Of a stretch of DNA of 64,000 bases, positions 1-13,429 are shown piece after piece. Positions within the stretch are counted from its first letter, which is position 1. Each line of letters opens with the position of its first letter. Both the position numbers and the translations under genes were made by a program. Source of the DNA: Octopus vulgaris (lineage: Eukaryota); NCBI GenBank assembly GCA_951406725.2, contig OX597837.1, positions 17,794,001-17,858,000 on the forward strand, in the 5' to 3' direction. The notes under the pieces are model-generated. The model made no database searches. It saw nothing but the letters and a program-made list of their open reading frames with translations, and had not been told where the DNA came from.

Positions 1-110
1 TCACGTTAAATGCAAGCTGGTTGTTTTTCGATTTTATCTCTTAAACCTTAAGGGTTACTCACCTATTTATTAAGCTATGACTTGTGTTATTGCAAGTTTT
101 TGTCCAATTT

Positions 111-158
<48 letters not shown>

Positions 159-232
159 TGTATGTATGTGTGTGTGTGTGTGTGCGTGTGCGTGCGTGCG
201 TGCGTGCGTGCGTGCGTGTGTGTGTGTGTATA
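111..232. repeat. Compound microsatellite (TA)n-(TATG)n-(TG)n-(TGCG)n
   Basis: Directly visible; explains ORFs 70..270 and 77..349. Confidence 0.97.
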
Positions 233-269
233 CATAGGATCCTGAAGTTTTTTATGATGGAAAGAAACA

Positions 270-432
270 ATTATCATTTGAGTTCAAATCCTGGTGAGAC
301 CAACTTTGCCTTATATCCTTTTGGGGTTGATAAAAATAGTACCAGTTGAACACTAGGGTTGATATAATCAACTTCCCACTATCTTCAGAATTACTGGTCT
401 ATGCCAAAAAATTTGTAAAGATTATTATTATT
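270..432 (+). mobile_element. Partial tRNA-derived SINE, (ATT)n-tailed family
   Basis: B-box-like GAGTTCAAATCC, central GCCTT..ATCCTTTTGGGGTTGATAAAA..AGTACCAG block and ATT tail, as in the copies at 6856-9960 and 46054. Confidence 0.8.
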
Positions 433-667
433 TTTGAAAATGTTAGCAGAATTGTTACAGTATTAGATAAAATGCCTTGATGTATTTGTTCTAGTTCTTT
501 ATATTATGAAATCCCACCAAGGTGAGCTCCAAAGCCTGTTAAATAATATGTCAGTAAAGTATTGGTTTAATCAACTATCCCATTCTGGCTTTGTGCTTAT
601 ATTAGAAGCAATTAATCATGGACCAGATTGAAAAGGCTGAAGACACCTTTCTCTTTGGCCTAGCCCT

Positions 668-1022
668 CCTTTTACTTTTTACTTGTTTTAGTCATTAGAC
701 TGCAGCCATGCTGGAGTACCACCTTGAAAGGTTTAGTCAAACAAATCAACCTCAGTGGTTATTTTTTAAGCTTTGTACTTATTCTATTAGCCTCCCAGCT
801 GAATCACTAAGTTACAAGGATATAAACAAACCAACACCAACTGTCAAGCAATGGTTGGGACAAACACACATGTAGACACACATATGACTGGCTTTCTTAA
901 GTTTCTGCCTACCTAATCCACTCACCAAGCTTTGGTCAACCCAAGGCTACAGTAGAAGACACTTGTCAAAGGTACCATACAGTGATATGGAAGTAAATTT
1001 CTTACCACACAGCCATACTTGC
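668..1022 (-). mobile_element. CORE-type SINE (octopus OR-like)
   Basis: Reverse complement of the family at 15440 and 20705 (CAAGTGTCTTCTACT...ACCAAAGC...CCAGCATGGC..CAGTC.AATGACT.AAACAAGTAAAA). Confidence 0.8.
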
Positions 1023-1095
1023 ATCCTCATCAACTTTTATTGTCCTGTATCATCCCCCAATGTTTTTGTGAACCTTAAGTGGTTCATAAAGAAAA

Positions 1096-1872
1096 TATTA
1101 TTGTTATTGAGTGAGAGAACAGCGCATGCCATCAAAGTGACACTGGGCTACAAATATATGAAGCCCAATATACCCATCATGACTGATAAGGGTACACTAG
1201 GCACGTCTGATAAGGGTACACTAGGCACATGCATCACAACCTATGTGTGCAACATGGTGATCTTGTGTCAAGATAAACAGCACATGACCTTGCGGGTGGG
1301 ACCCAATTAGAATTTTCTTTAGGTCAAGTAGCCCATCCTGCCCAAAAGGTCCCTGAATAAGGGTTGTTTAAGGATGATGAACAAAACACCCATGTTTCTA
1401 TTGGTGAATTATCCAAATCCCAACCCTAACTCCAAACCCCAAAGAATTCCTCTCAGTGCATGGCTGTGATGCTCCCCCACCACTTCTGCTCGTGATCAGG
1501 GATGCACAGATTATCAGCCACTAAGGAACATGTTCAACTGTTTATGGTCAAACAACTCACGAGCAAATCTGTGATATTGAGCAGAATATTTGCTGTAGCC
1601 CATGTTTTACACCAAGACAACTTCCAATCAGTTAAGATCAGAGCTGTGCATGCCATCAAAGTGACCCCAGGGTAGAAATATATACTCATCATGACTACGC
1701 ATCTGATAAGGGTACACCAGGCACATGCATCATAACCATATGTGTGCAACATAGTGACCTCTTATCAAGATAAACAGCACACGACCTTGCAGATGGGGGC
1801 CAAGTTAGAATCTTCTCCAGGTCGATTAGCCTATCCCATTCAAAAGGTCCCTGAATAAGAGTTGTTTAAGGA
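1096..1872. repeat. Unclassified interspersed repeat beside (ATT)n; two tandem partial copies
   Basis: GCATGCCATCAAAGTGAC...CTGATAAGGGTACAC...AAAAGGTCCCTGAATAAG occurs at ~1120 and ~1645. Further pieces at 9122-9325 (same orientation) and 2615-2755 (inverted). Confidence 0.75.
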
Positions 1873-3329
1873 AATTTTTATAACAAGGAACATGTTTTTT
1901 ATGTAATCTTAATTATGTCAAATGAGTCCTCATTATTCCCATGAATTTCATTTTTACCCCAGTTTGCCAACCTGATATAGACTAAGGTCGTCCTTTTGGA
2001 TTACTGTAAAGTTCAGGCACTCCAGAAAGGTAGGCATCTCTACATGAGGGACTTGATCTCCTATATAGCTGTTAACCTGGCCCATTCTTAATCTCACCCA
2101 TTTTTTTTTCTGTCCCTAACTATTTCCCATCTTTCTCCTGCTCCCATCTCGAAATGATGAACTAGAAGTGTTGCTTGAAGCTCCAAGCTACTTCAGTGAT
2201 AGAGGATGAGACACAGCTTTTTGATGCCCTAGTTCTCAGCCCAGGTGTTAGTAGTACTTAAGATGGGAGGATCCCACTTATCTTTGGTTTCTCTCTGGAT
2301 ATTCTTAAAGCTGCGATCAGCGATTATGTGAAAACAGCAGTAGCAGCAGCTGTGGACTTCATCTCAAAAACTTGCTGCCTTCTTTTTCCGTTTGTTTTCT
2401 TCTTCTGTAGCAACAAGGCATGTACCACCAAACTGACCTCTTCTGTCCTCCCTTGAGTGTACAACTTTAGGATAGTAATGTGATCTGTATGGTCATCAGG
2501 ATTCAAATGTCTAAACACCTGATCATATGTACAATAAAAAACATAATAATGAATGAAGATTTCTTACAGAGTTCATAAATTTAGGGTGAGAAGTTAATAA
2601 TAATAATAATAATAATTTGCTTGTCAGTTGTTTGACCATAACCAGTTGAGCATGTTCCTTAGTGGATGATGATATTGCACATCTCTGATCATGAGCAGGA
2701 GTAGTGGGGGAGAGTCACAGCCATATGTTGAGAGGAATTTTTTGGGGCTTGAATAAGTATTAGTTGATGACTGGGCTCAATGCAATCGACAACAAATCAA
2801 ATTTGGAGAAGATACTGCATAATATACTACTCTAATGTAGTATATGACAAAAAAAAAACAAGCTGTTTTTTCTCATAGAAATGGAAAATGTGAATAACCT
2901 TTGTGAACATGTTTTGAGGGTTTGTTACCAGTATGTATTTGTCCCAATTTAACATTACCAAACAGCATATAAAGTATGTGTGTGTGTTTGTTTTTGCTAT
3001 ATGGAGTATGTAACATGAAATAGTTCATCTGGGAATTGCAGACTTTGGTTCACTGGGACATCCTCACCCTTCCACCATTCTTCACAGATGTGAGGATAAT
3101 TGGTTGAAAATTATTATGAAAAAAGAAAGACTTTAGAATAAAGTTTTAATTAATTTACAGAAATTAATTAAAATATCAGTTGAAATTATATGATTAGTTA
3201 TTTTAACATTTTTTAACATTATTACATTTTCTCTATAATTTCAAGAATGGTTTTTAATACTTATTTTTTAAACTCTATAATTCTTTTACTGGTTTCAGTC
3301 ATTGGAATGCAACCATTCTGGGACACTAC

Positions 3330-3840
3330 CTTCAAGTGTTGAAAGTTAATACATGCATAAAAGACTTGAGCAGGGAAGAGATTTGGGAGGGCTGATGATC
3401 TGAAGAAGAAGGATTGGGCATGGTGGTTAATGTGGGGGAAAAGAGGGTTTGTACACAACAAAGGTGATCAGAGGTGGAGAGGAGTGTGGGTCAGTGGTGC
3501 CTGAATGATGGAGGTATAAAACCAGACAGTTCCAAATAATAGAGGCCATTATAGTAATAACAGAAAAGACAGAGAAAAGAAACAGTTTGTCTGTGGGCTA
3601 GTGTGTATTTTAGTGATGGAATACCAATCAGCTGAGTGGCCCTTCTTTGGATACTGTTCAGGATGTTAGTGTGTGTGGCAGCAGCATTGTCCCAGATGTA
3701 CTCCATTGTGGGCCTTACTTGACTTTGTAGAATGTTGGCACTTATTGGGACCTGAAATATATTCTAACCCTGAAAAGAAATGTTTGTTTTTGGGATGAAG
3801 TCACAGCCATGCTAAAAAGTGCTCTTACCAGGAGTGATTT
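3330..3840 (-). mobile_element. Decayed non-LTR retrotransposon 3' fragment (CR1/L2/Jockey group, RT C-terminal region)
   Basis: Minus-strand translation KSQVRPTMEYIWDNAA...LNSIQRRATQLI...LAHRQTVSFLCLF matches the RPxLEY/IQRRA/L.HRR pattern that follows LINE RT. Confidence 0.75.
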
Positions 3841-4100
3841 GTGGTGCTAGCTCAAGCGTATGAAATGACCATGAAAGCTCCGAGTACCACGCGTTTTGAT
3901 AGGGGTGTTTTCTCAACACGAGTTATGCTTGATTTTTTTTTTTTTGCTATTAAAAGTGACAAAGTTGTTATGGCCCCACTGGAGGATGCTCTCAAGGCCT
4001 CCATACTTATTTGACTGGTGCTTATTAGTTTCTATTTATCAGAGTTTCATTTTGATGTAAAGGAATGCATCTTGATGTAGCATAGTTACATTAGTATGTG

Positions 4101-4135
<35 letters not shown>

Positions 4136-4177
4136 GCACACACTCAAAATAAGAACAGATAAATAGGTTATTTGATT

Positions 4178-4546
4178 TTGCTATTATTGTTTCATTAGAA
4201 GTTTTTATTTTGATGTAAGCATAATACAATTGGTTAGATTGTGTAATACATTACATAACTTCCAGCTCATCAAGCTATCAGGTAAAACAGGTGAACAATG
4301 ACTTGTTGATTAATCAAATTTAATGTGGGTGTGTAAGAACACACGCCTACCTTAAATTTCTTAAATGTTAGTATTCTGATTAGAAATTCCACTTGTTGAT
4401 AATCTGTTGATTAATCAAGAAGTTGTTACCCACCTGTTTTACCTGATTGCCTGATGATTTGGGGGTTATGTAACCTGTTTGACAATCTAACCAATTGTAT
4501 TCTGCTTGTGTCAAAATAAAAACTCCTAATGAAACAATTATAGCAA
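4178..4546. mobile_element. MITE/foldback element with ~140-bp imperfect inverted arms
   Basis: 4178-4320 (TTGCTATTATTGTTTCATTAG...ATCAGGTAAAACAGGTG...TTGATTAATCAA) is the diverged reverse complement of ~4405-4546. Confidence 0.8.
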
Positions 4547-5689
4547 TACTAGATGACCCATTCATCTATGCTTTTACGCCATGCTTAAAGCTCCATTCAT
4601 TGTTGGATACTTTCGGATACTATTGGAATTGCAGATTACCAAACAACAATGATCTTCCTTCATCTGTGCCTTCCATGCTATGGTAACAGATTACTTATCT
4701 GTCTGCTTTGCATGACTTTGTCTAGCCAATTACTGACATGTTTCACTTTGATATGCTTTGATCTTTTATGGATCCCTTGTAATCAAAACTGTCTGTCTAT
4801 ATACAAACATATGTACGGATGGACAGACATATGTATGTATACTTAGTCAGCTTTCACACAGTTTATGTCTATAAGTTCTATTCACTAGACATTGGTCTAT
4901 CCAAAGTTAAACAGTAGATGACATTTGCCTAAGGTGCTGCACAGTGGGGCTGAACCAATGGCTATAACTGGGATTTAAAAAAAAAATTCCAGTTGAAATA
5001 TGGGGTTCCATGCCTTTAACCTTTGTGTTTTTCCAGTTTCATGTGGTTGAAGTTGATGTTGTTGATGTTCAATTTTGATATCTGTAGAGAATCATGGGCA
5101 GTTCTTAAAGAGAAGGTTTAAACAAAGCTTTAGAGACTGGGACACAGCAAAGATAAGTTTCAGTTTGCTAATTTAAAAGAGCTTAAATGTGGTTGGAAAG
5201 CAATTATTTTATTACATAAACACAAATTATGTAAATATTGGAAAACATGCAAAAAAAAGTATTCAAATTTTTTTTAAATGCTCTCTGGCAATATTTACAG
5301 ATCCTTGAATTCTAATTTTCTGAAACGTGTACTTACTATTCTTATAGATAATCTGTCAACCACTTTACAGTTGCACTAATTACAAAAGGGATGTTGGCTA
5401 CATTCCTTCATTGCTTTGTTTTTTTGTGTTTTTTTTTTTTTAATTTAGCAGGTACGTCAGTCTGTGTAATTCTATATAACATTATTGTTGTATGGTATTG
5501 CAGTTGTGCATCATTGATATTTTTGTCAGAGTAAATCATTTCAGGCCTATTATATATATCAAGGGATACCGAAAAGTAATGTATTTTCAAGTAAATTGCC
5601 TGACATCATACCACAGATAGTTCAGAGACCAATAAATAGATATCCATGCAATCAACTAATCAGCATAGAGTTAACGATTAAATATTAAT

Positions 5690-6382
5690 GTGGATATATG
5701 CTGTGTGTGTGTATGCTCTATCTGATAGCCCATGGTAAACATAGTCAGCATTGCATGCTTTATGAATTTCATAAGAGCAACAATGCAACATATGCAACAA
5801 GAAACATACATACTGTATATTCTGATGATGTGAATGTTTGGCAATACCAAAGGTGGTTTAACAAATTTGGAAACTGTGATTTCGATCTATTGATGGATAT
5901 CAGTCAGGAAAACCATCTGTTCTCAATAATGATGCATTGAAAACAGCAGTTGAAATGGATCCTCATCAAAGCATTGGGGACTCATCTTGGAGGTTTCATA
6001 AACCTTGATCCACTGTACAAGATCATCTCCAGCAGATTGGAGAAGTGTATAGAGAAGGGAAGTGGGTGCTTTGTTTGCTTCTCTCCAACAATAAAGCAGT
6101 GCATTCAACATGATAAATTCATTGGACTAGGAAGCTCTGCCTCACCCTCCCTGCTCACCAGACCTAGCACAATCAGATTTTCACTTATTCAGGTCACTTG
6201 AATACTTTTACCATGGAAATACATTTAGAAGCTGGGACTGTCAAAACTAGTTTTGAGGTGGGAAAATGTTGTTGCTAATGATGGCGAATATATTTTGAAT
6301 GAGTAAATCTATTTACAATATGTTTTGTGCTGATTTGAACTTATTATGTGAAATGTGACATTACTTTTTGCTTTGCTTAATA
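5690..6382 (+). mobile_element. Degenerate, internally deleted mariner transposon
   Basis: ORF 5698 reads H.QHCMLYEFHKSNNAT.ATRNI...QRWFNKF.N.DFDL (mariner HTH). Traces of PxSPDLAxSDFHLF at ~6140-6195 and W...V...G.YF at ~6260-6300. TIR-like end at ~6355-6382. Confidence 0.75.
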
Positions 6383-6690
6383 TTATCTGATGCTAAGGTT
6401 CTGAAGTATTTTCTTAGTGTCATGTTTTTTAAGACAGGCGAAGGTTCCTAGGAGTATCTTATAGTGTTTTTTTTCCCTAAAAAGTTGAACTTGGTGAGTG
6501 GGTATATATAAATAAAAAGAACAGCCTTACTACATTACTGTGCCTCCAAATATATTTTATAGGAACTAAGTGTTGTCATACACTTACCTAACAGTTCAAC
6601 CAGTTTGCCACCTTTATAACAATAATCTGATACAATACCATGTATTATTTCAGGAAATACACCTCACATACAACAGGTTGTTGTTGTTAA

Positions 6691-6719
<29 letters not shown>

Positions 6720-6721
<2 letters not shown>

Positions 6722-9700
6722 TTTTGCCAGTGTTGACTTTGCCTTTCATTTCTCATAATAGACTAGTCACTTCCCCCAAAATTTTAGACCTTGTGCCTTT
6801 CATAGAAAGGATTATTATTATTGTTGTTGTGGTTATTATTATTATTATTATTATTAAGGTGGTGAGCTGGAAGACTCATTAGCATGCTGGACAAAATGCT
6901 TAGTGGTATTTCGCCTGTTGCTGTGTTCTGAGTTCAAATTCTGCCAAGGTCGACTTTGCCTTTCATCCCTTCGGGATCAGTTAAATAAGTATCAGTTATG
7001 CACTAGGGTCAATGTAATCTTATTACTATTATTAAGGCGGTGAGCTGGAAGAATCATTAGTATGCTGGGCAAAATGCTTAATGATATTTCCTCTGCTGCT
7101 ACATTCAAGTTTCAAATTCTGCTGAGGTCAACGTTGCCTTTCATCCTTTCATGGTTGATAAATTAAGTTACCAGCGGGGTTGATGTGATTGACTAGACCT
7201 ATCCCCACAAATTTCAAGCCTTGTTCCTTTAGTAGTAAAGATTATTATTATTATTATTATTATTACCACATTCCAGGGAGAAAAACTAGAAGTAGTTGAT
7301 AGCTTCCGCTACCTAGGTGACCAAGTCAGTTGCTGGGGTGGGTGTGCTGAAAGTGTAACTGTTAGAGTAAGAATAGCCTGGGCAAAGTTTAGAGAGCTCT
7401 TACCCCTGATGGTGACAAAAGGCCTCTCGCTCAGAGTAAAAGACAGACTGTATGATGCATGTGTACGTACAGCCATGCTACATGGTAGTGAAACATGGGC
7501 TGTGACTGCTGAGGATATGCGTAAGCTCGCAAGAAATGAAGCCAGTATGCTCCGATGGATGTGTAATGTCAGTGTTCATAATCGACAGAGTGTAAGTACC
7601 TTGAGAGAAAAGTTGGACCTAAGAAGCATCAGTTGTGGTGTGCAAGAGAGACGTTTGCACTGGTATGGTCATGTGACGAGAATGGCTGAAGATAGTTGTG
7701 TGCAAAAGTGCCACACCCTAGCAGTTGAGGAAACCTGTGGAAGAGGTAGACCCAGGAAAACCTGGGACGAGGAGGTGGCGAAGCACGACCTTCGAACTTT
7801 AGGTCTCACTGAGGAAATGACTAGAGACCGGGACCTATGGAATTATGCTGTGCGTGAGAAGACCCGGCAAGACTAGTGAGACCATAACCCGTGGCCTCTA
7901 CCTGGTATGTAGCCAGTCGACTTATACATACCTTTCCTTCTTGGGACACAAAACTCTGCTTGTGAAGACCTGTTGAGGCAAGTGAAAATCAAAATCAAAC
8001 CAAATCAAATCAGATATCAGAAAGCAGAACCAAAATTGAAGTCGATCAACATCAATGGAAATTGCAGCTGTGATACCAGTGCCTGTGACAAGTAAGCGAG
8101 CCATCCGATCGTGGCTGTTGCCAGCGCCGCCCCAACTGGCCTCCTTGCCGGTGGCACGTAAAAAGCACCATCCGTTCGTGGCCGTTGCCAGCCTCGCCTG
8201 GCCCCCGTGCCGGTGGCACGTAAAAAGCACCATCCGATCGTGGCCGTTGCCAGCTTAGCCTGGCCCCCGTGCTGGTGGCACGTAAAAAGCACCCACTACA
8301 CTCACGGAGTGGTTGGCGTTAGGAAGGGCATCCAGCCGTAGAAACACTGCCAGATCAGACTGGGCCTGATGCAGCCTTCTGGCTTCCCAGACCCCAGTTG
8401 AACCGTCCAATCCATGCTAGCATGGAAAGCAGGCACTAAATGCTGCTGCTGATGATGATGATGATTAAGGTGACTAACTGGCAGAATCGTTAGCATGCTG
8501 GGTGAAATGCTTAGCAGTATTTCATCTGTCTTCATGTTCTAAGTTCAACTTTTGCTGTGGTCGACTTTGCCTTTCATCCTTCCAGGGTTGATAAATTAAG
8601 GACCATTGAAACACTGGGGTCATTGTAATCAACTTAATCCCTTCCCCCAAGCTGCCCTTGTGGCAAAAGTTTGAAATCATCATTATTATTGTTATTGTTA
8701 TTGTTATTATTAAGGTGGCCAGCTGTCAGAATCGTTAGCATGCCAAGTCAAATGCTTAGCAATATTTCATCTGTCTTTATGTTCTAAGTTCAAATTCTGC
8801 CAAGGTTGACAGGGTTGATAAAATAAGTACCAGTGGAGTACTGGGGTTGGTGTAATTGACTAGCCCCCCTCCCCCAAATTTCAGGCCTTGTGCCTTTAGT
8901 AGAAAGGATTATTATTATTATTAAGGTAGAATCATTAGCATGCTAGATGAAATGCTTAGAGGTATTTCGCCTGTTGCTGCGTTGTGAGTTCAAATTCTGC
9001 TGAGATCAACTTTGCCTTTCATCCTTTCAGGGTTGATGAATTAAGTACCAGTGAAACACTGGGGTCGATATAATCAACTAGTCCCCTCCCCCAAATTTCA
9101 GACCTTGTGCCTATAGTAGAAAGAGAGCAGCACATGCCATCTAAGTGACCCTGAGGTACAAATATATAAAGCCTGATATACCCATCATGACTCTCCATCT
9201 GATAAGGGCACACCAGGCACATGTATCAACAATATGTACATGACATGGTGATCTCATTTGAAGATAAACTGCGCATGGGGCCTAGTTAGGTTGAGTAACC
9301 TATCCTGCTCAAAATATCCCTGAATATTATTATTATTATTATTATTATTATTAAGGCAGTGAGCTGGCAGAATTGTTAGCATGCCAGGCACTATATTCTG
9401 AGTTCAAATTCCACCAAGGTCGACTTTGCTTTCATCCTTTCGGAGTTAATAAATTAAGTACCAATCAAGTAATAGTCAGTAACATTGACTAGTCCCTTCC
9501 CACAAAACTTCAGGCCTTGTGCTTTTAGTAAAAAGAATTATTATTATTATTATTATTAAGGCAGTGAACTGGCAGAATTGTTAGCACATCAAGTAAAATG
9601 CTTAGCGGTATTTTGCCCATCTGAGTTCAAATTCTGCCGAAGTCAACTTTGCCTTTCATCCTTTCGGGATTGATAATATGAGTCCCAGTTGAGCACTGGG

Positions 9701-10900
9701 ATTGATGTAATTGACTAGCTCCCTTCCCCCAAATTTCAGGCCTTGTGCATATAGTAGAAAAGATTATTAAGTGGGGTGAACTAACAGAATCGTTAGCATG
9801 TCAGGCAAAATACTTAGGGGCATTTCGTTCATCCTTAGATTCTGAGTTCAAACTCTGTCAAAGTCAACTTTGCCTTTCATCCTTTAGGGTTGATGAAATA
9901 AATACCAGTTACACACTGAGGTTGATATAATTAACTAGTCCCTTCCCTTAAAATTTCAGGCCTTGTGTAGAAAGGATTGTTCAAATTCCACCATAGTAAA
10001 CTTTGCCTTTCATTCTTTTGAAGGCAATAAAATAAGTACCTGTTGAGCACTGGGGTTGATGTAATCAACTTCTCCAACCCTTCAAAATTGCTGACCTTGT
10101 GTCAAAAATTACAAAGAATTATTATTATTATGGCAGTGGATTGGCAGGATTTTTAGAGCATCAAAGAAATACTTTGTGGTATCTGTTCCAGCTCTTTAAG
10201 TTTGGAGTTCAAATTCTGTTGAGATCAATTTTATCTTTTGTCTGTTTGGGCTTGATGAAATAAAGTGCGAGTGAAGTAATAGGTTTGATGCTATCGACTG
10301 ACCCTCTACTCATAAAATTGCTAGCCCTGTACTTGAAAAACAATTATCAAAGGCAGCAAGCTTGTGGAATCGGTAGAGCACCAGAAAAATTGCCTTGTGG
10401 TATTTGTTCTTCTCTTTACATTTTGAGTTGAAACTTTGCCAAGCTCACCTTCGCCCTTCATCCTTCCAGTGTCAATAAAATGAAGTTCTAATCAAGTACT
10501 TGGATTGACCTTCCCCAAAATGGATGGCCTTGTGTGTAAATTAGAAACAGTTGTTATTTTTGGGATAGTAGATTGGAAGAATTGTGAGAGCAATGGATAA
10601 AATGCCTTTCTGTATTTTTATGTTAAAATCCCACAGAGGTCAACTCTGTCTTCCATCTTTCCAGTATCAATAAATTAAAGTACATGTCAAGTACTGGTGC
10701 TCAATATGATAGACTGTTCCCTGTTACCATTGGCCTTTTGCCTATGTTAAAAATTATTATCATTGAATACAAATTCCTCTAGGGTGAACTTTACTTTTCT
10801 TCTACTTAAAGCTGATAAAGTACCAGTAATACATTAGAGTCAAATGACTAAAACTTTAATTTCGTTCTTTGTCAAAAGAAATCTTCTTCCTACTCATTGT
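6720..10900 (+). mobile_element. Head-to-tail array of (ATT)n-tailed tRNA-derived SINEs (central domain resembles the MetaSINE/Sauria-type domain)
   Basis: Unit: AAGGYGGTGAGCTGGCAGAATCGTTAG (A-box-like)...GAGTTCAAATTC (B-box)...GCCTTTCATCCTTTCGGGGTYGATAAATTAAGTACCAG...AGAAAGG(ATT)n. Starts at ~6856, 7033, 8467, 8712, 8923, 9353, 9558, 9769, 10130, 10350 and 10560. Confidence 0.9.
7265..8465 (+). mobile_element. 5'-truncated RTE-clade LINE (RT C-terminus, 3'UTR with ~60-bp tandem repeats, (GAT)n tail)
   Basis: ORF 7409-7876: MLHGSETW...RRLHWYGHV.RM...GRGRPRKTW. The tail GATGATGAT is inserted in an (ATT)n run of the SINE array. Confidence 0.93.
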
Positions 10901-10912
10901 CATTATTATATA

Positions 10913-13427
10913 TTAGGTTGAGTAAAAAGTTAGCAATGTTTTGAATCATGAAGAATTTGTACTGGATTTTTGCAGAGTTTTGAATTTTTTGTTAAATGCT
11001 TTTTTTAAAAATTGTCTGATAATACAGATATAGACTTGCCCAAATGCATCAATAAATTAACATTGATATTTTTTTTCACCGTTGTTAAAATCATCTGAAA
11101 TGGAACTGTGAAAGCGCAATATTCAAGCAATTTTGCTATTCAACTTCAAAAAGGATGTAAAGCAGCTGAAACTGCTCACGATATCAACGAAATGTTTGAA
11201 GAAATGACCAGTGAGTGGTCAGCTCAAAAATAGTTTAAACGATTTCGCAGTGGAGACCTGTGCCTTGAAGATCATGAGTGTAGTGGACGCCCATCTGTCA
11301 TTGATAACGGTCAATTAAAGACCGTCATTGAGAAAGATCCACATAAAACCACATGAGAACTGTCAAAAGAGCTTCAAATTAACCAGAAAATTGCCTGCAA
11401 CCATTTGCATGAGATTGGAAAATCAAAAAAACTCAACAATTGAGTGCCACACAATTTGATGAAAATCAGAAAATGCAAAGAGATGAAATTTGCTCATCGT
11501 TTCTTCTTCATAACCAGACCAATCCATTTCTCGACCGTGTTATAACTTATAATGAAAAGTGGATTTTATACAATAATAAAAAATGTTCTTCGCAGTGGTT
11601 GGACCAAAATGAAGCACCGAAAGCCTTCACTAAACCTGAGCTCTTCAAAAAGAAGGCTATGCTGACTGTTTGGTGGTGTACTACTGGACTCATCCACTAT
11701 AACTTCTTAAAACCCAGAAAAACTATTACTGCAGAAACATATTGCTATGAAATTGCCAAAATGAACAAAAAACTGCTACTCCTCCATCCTAGATTGGTCA
11801 ACAGAAGGCCAATCATTCTTCATGACAATGCTTGACCACACGTTTCACTAATGATGCTCCAGAAGTTGAGGGAAGTTCCCCACCCAGCTTATTCCCCAGA
11901 CCTTTTATCCTACTGACTACCACTTTTTCAAGCACCTTGATGATTTCCTGCATGAGAAGGAGTTAAAAAAATCAAACCAATGCTGGAAGTGCATTCAAAG
12001 AGTTCATCAGCTCCAGAAATCCAGATTTTTATGTTACCAGAATAAACAAACTTGTAACTCGTTGGCAAAACTGTGTTGATTGTAATAGTACTTACTTTAA
12101 TGAAATATCAGGTCATCCCATAAGTTCTGTCCGAATTTTTAATAAAGAAAATAAGTGATCAAATGTTATATTTAATTGAAATTTAAAAATCAATGTACTT
12201 TCCCTGATTAGCTATGACTTCCTTCCATCTATTTACAAGCTTTTTAATCCCAACAATGTAAAATTTTTTTGGTTTCAAAGCGAAGAACTCTGAAATGTCA
12301 GTTTCGACCTCCTCCTGGTTTGCTAAAGTTATGTCCCCCAAATGATTCTGTAAACTACGAAACAAGTGGTAGTCTGAAGGAGCAAGGTCGGGAGAATAAG
12401 ATGGATGAGAAATTTTTTCCCAACCAAGCTCTTCGATCTTCTGTGATGTGATCTTTGCAGTATGGGGTCATGCATTGAATGATGAAACACTACTCCTTTT
12501 CGATTCACTAAAGCGAGTCTTTTTTTCTTCAAAGCTTGGTTCAAACACTCTAATTACTGACAGTAGACTTGAGCATTGATTGTTGCATTAGGTGATAACA
12601 ATTCAAAGTGAATTATTCCTTTGCAATCTCACCAGATAGAGAGAAGAACCTTTTTCCCATGAAGTTCCCTTCTTGGTTGTAATTGAGCTTTTTCCTTTTT
12701 ACCAAGCCACTGTTTAAAATGTTTAACATTTCGATAGAAGATCCATTTTTCGTCACCAGTCACAAGTCTATTAAAAAAGGGTGAAATGAGTTAGCGAGAA
12801 TGGAGAGAAGAGCAGATGTCAACTCAGGATTTGCGGTTGCTTTCGGACAAATCATGAGGCACCCATTTTCCAAGTTTAAGAACCTTTCCAAGTTGTTGAA
12901 GATGATGTTGTATGGTTTGAACTAAGCTTTATTGCCAATTCTTCAACTGATAATGCAGGATTTTCTTCAAGTAATGCCTCAAGGAGCTTATCATCAAACT
13001 CAGCTGGATGTCCTGTTCGATCTTCATGTTCAAGGCTGAAATCTCCACTTCTGAATTTTGCAAACCATGTCCTGCAAGTTCTTTCATTGAAACATTCTTT
13101 CCCATAAACTGAGTGTATGTTTCAAGTCAATTCGGCTGCAGAGTTTCCTTTTTTGTACTCATAAAGCATTATGTGCCTTAAATGCTCTTTGGATATTTCC
13201 ATGTTAGAAAGGGTTTTAATCAAAGAAATATTCAATTAGTTTAAATGTACACAAATGCATAAAAATAATTTTTAATTCCATTAGACATTCTAAAATGCTA
13301 TTAAATTTTATTCAATTTTAAAAAAGGTAAAATTGGACAGAACTTATGGGATGACCTGATATATTGTTGAAATATATTGTGATGAATTTCATATTTCAAA
13401 ACATAACTTACATTTTACTCAGCCTGA
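10913..13427 (+). mobile_element. Mariner transposon (outer), decayed transposase ~11100-12105
   Basis: TIRs TTAGGTTGAGTAAAAAGTTAG / ACTTACATTTTACTCAGCCTGA with flanking TA. Motifs RSGRP, ITYNEKWILY, MLTVWW, LHDNA, PAYSPDL and W..C....YF, with stops and frameshifts. Confidence 0.92.
12108..13359 (-). mobile_element. Mariner transposon (inner, nested), decayed transposase 13202..12183
   Basis: TIR TCAGGTCATCCCATAAGTTCTGTCC and its exact reverse complement at the other end; TA at 12106-7 and 13360-1. Translation MEISKEHLRHIMLYEYKKG...VTGDEKW...FRSLQNHL...RWKEVIANQGKYIDF. Confidence 0.95.
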
Positions 13428-13429
13428 TA

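Noticed and set aside
2324-2520. Possible host exon on the minus strand (AG before ORF 2324..2518)
   Set aside because: No recognisable protein motif or partner exons; needs RNA-seq.
4590-4690. Possible plus-strand exon ending at G|GTAACA
   Set aside because: Weak acceptor, two frames open by chance, no recognisable homology.
6856-9960. SINE heads as tRNA genes, or the array as a CRISPR
   Set aside because: A/B boxes are present but there is no cloverleaf. Units are ~200-bp diverged retroposons with no repeat-spacer structure or cas genes, in eukaryotic DNA.
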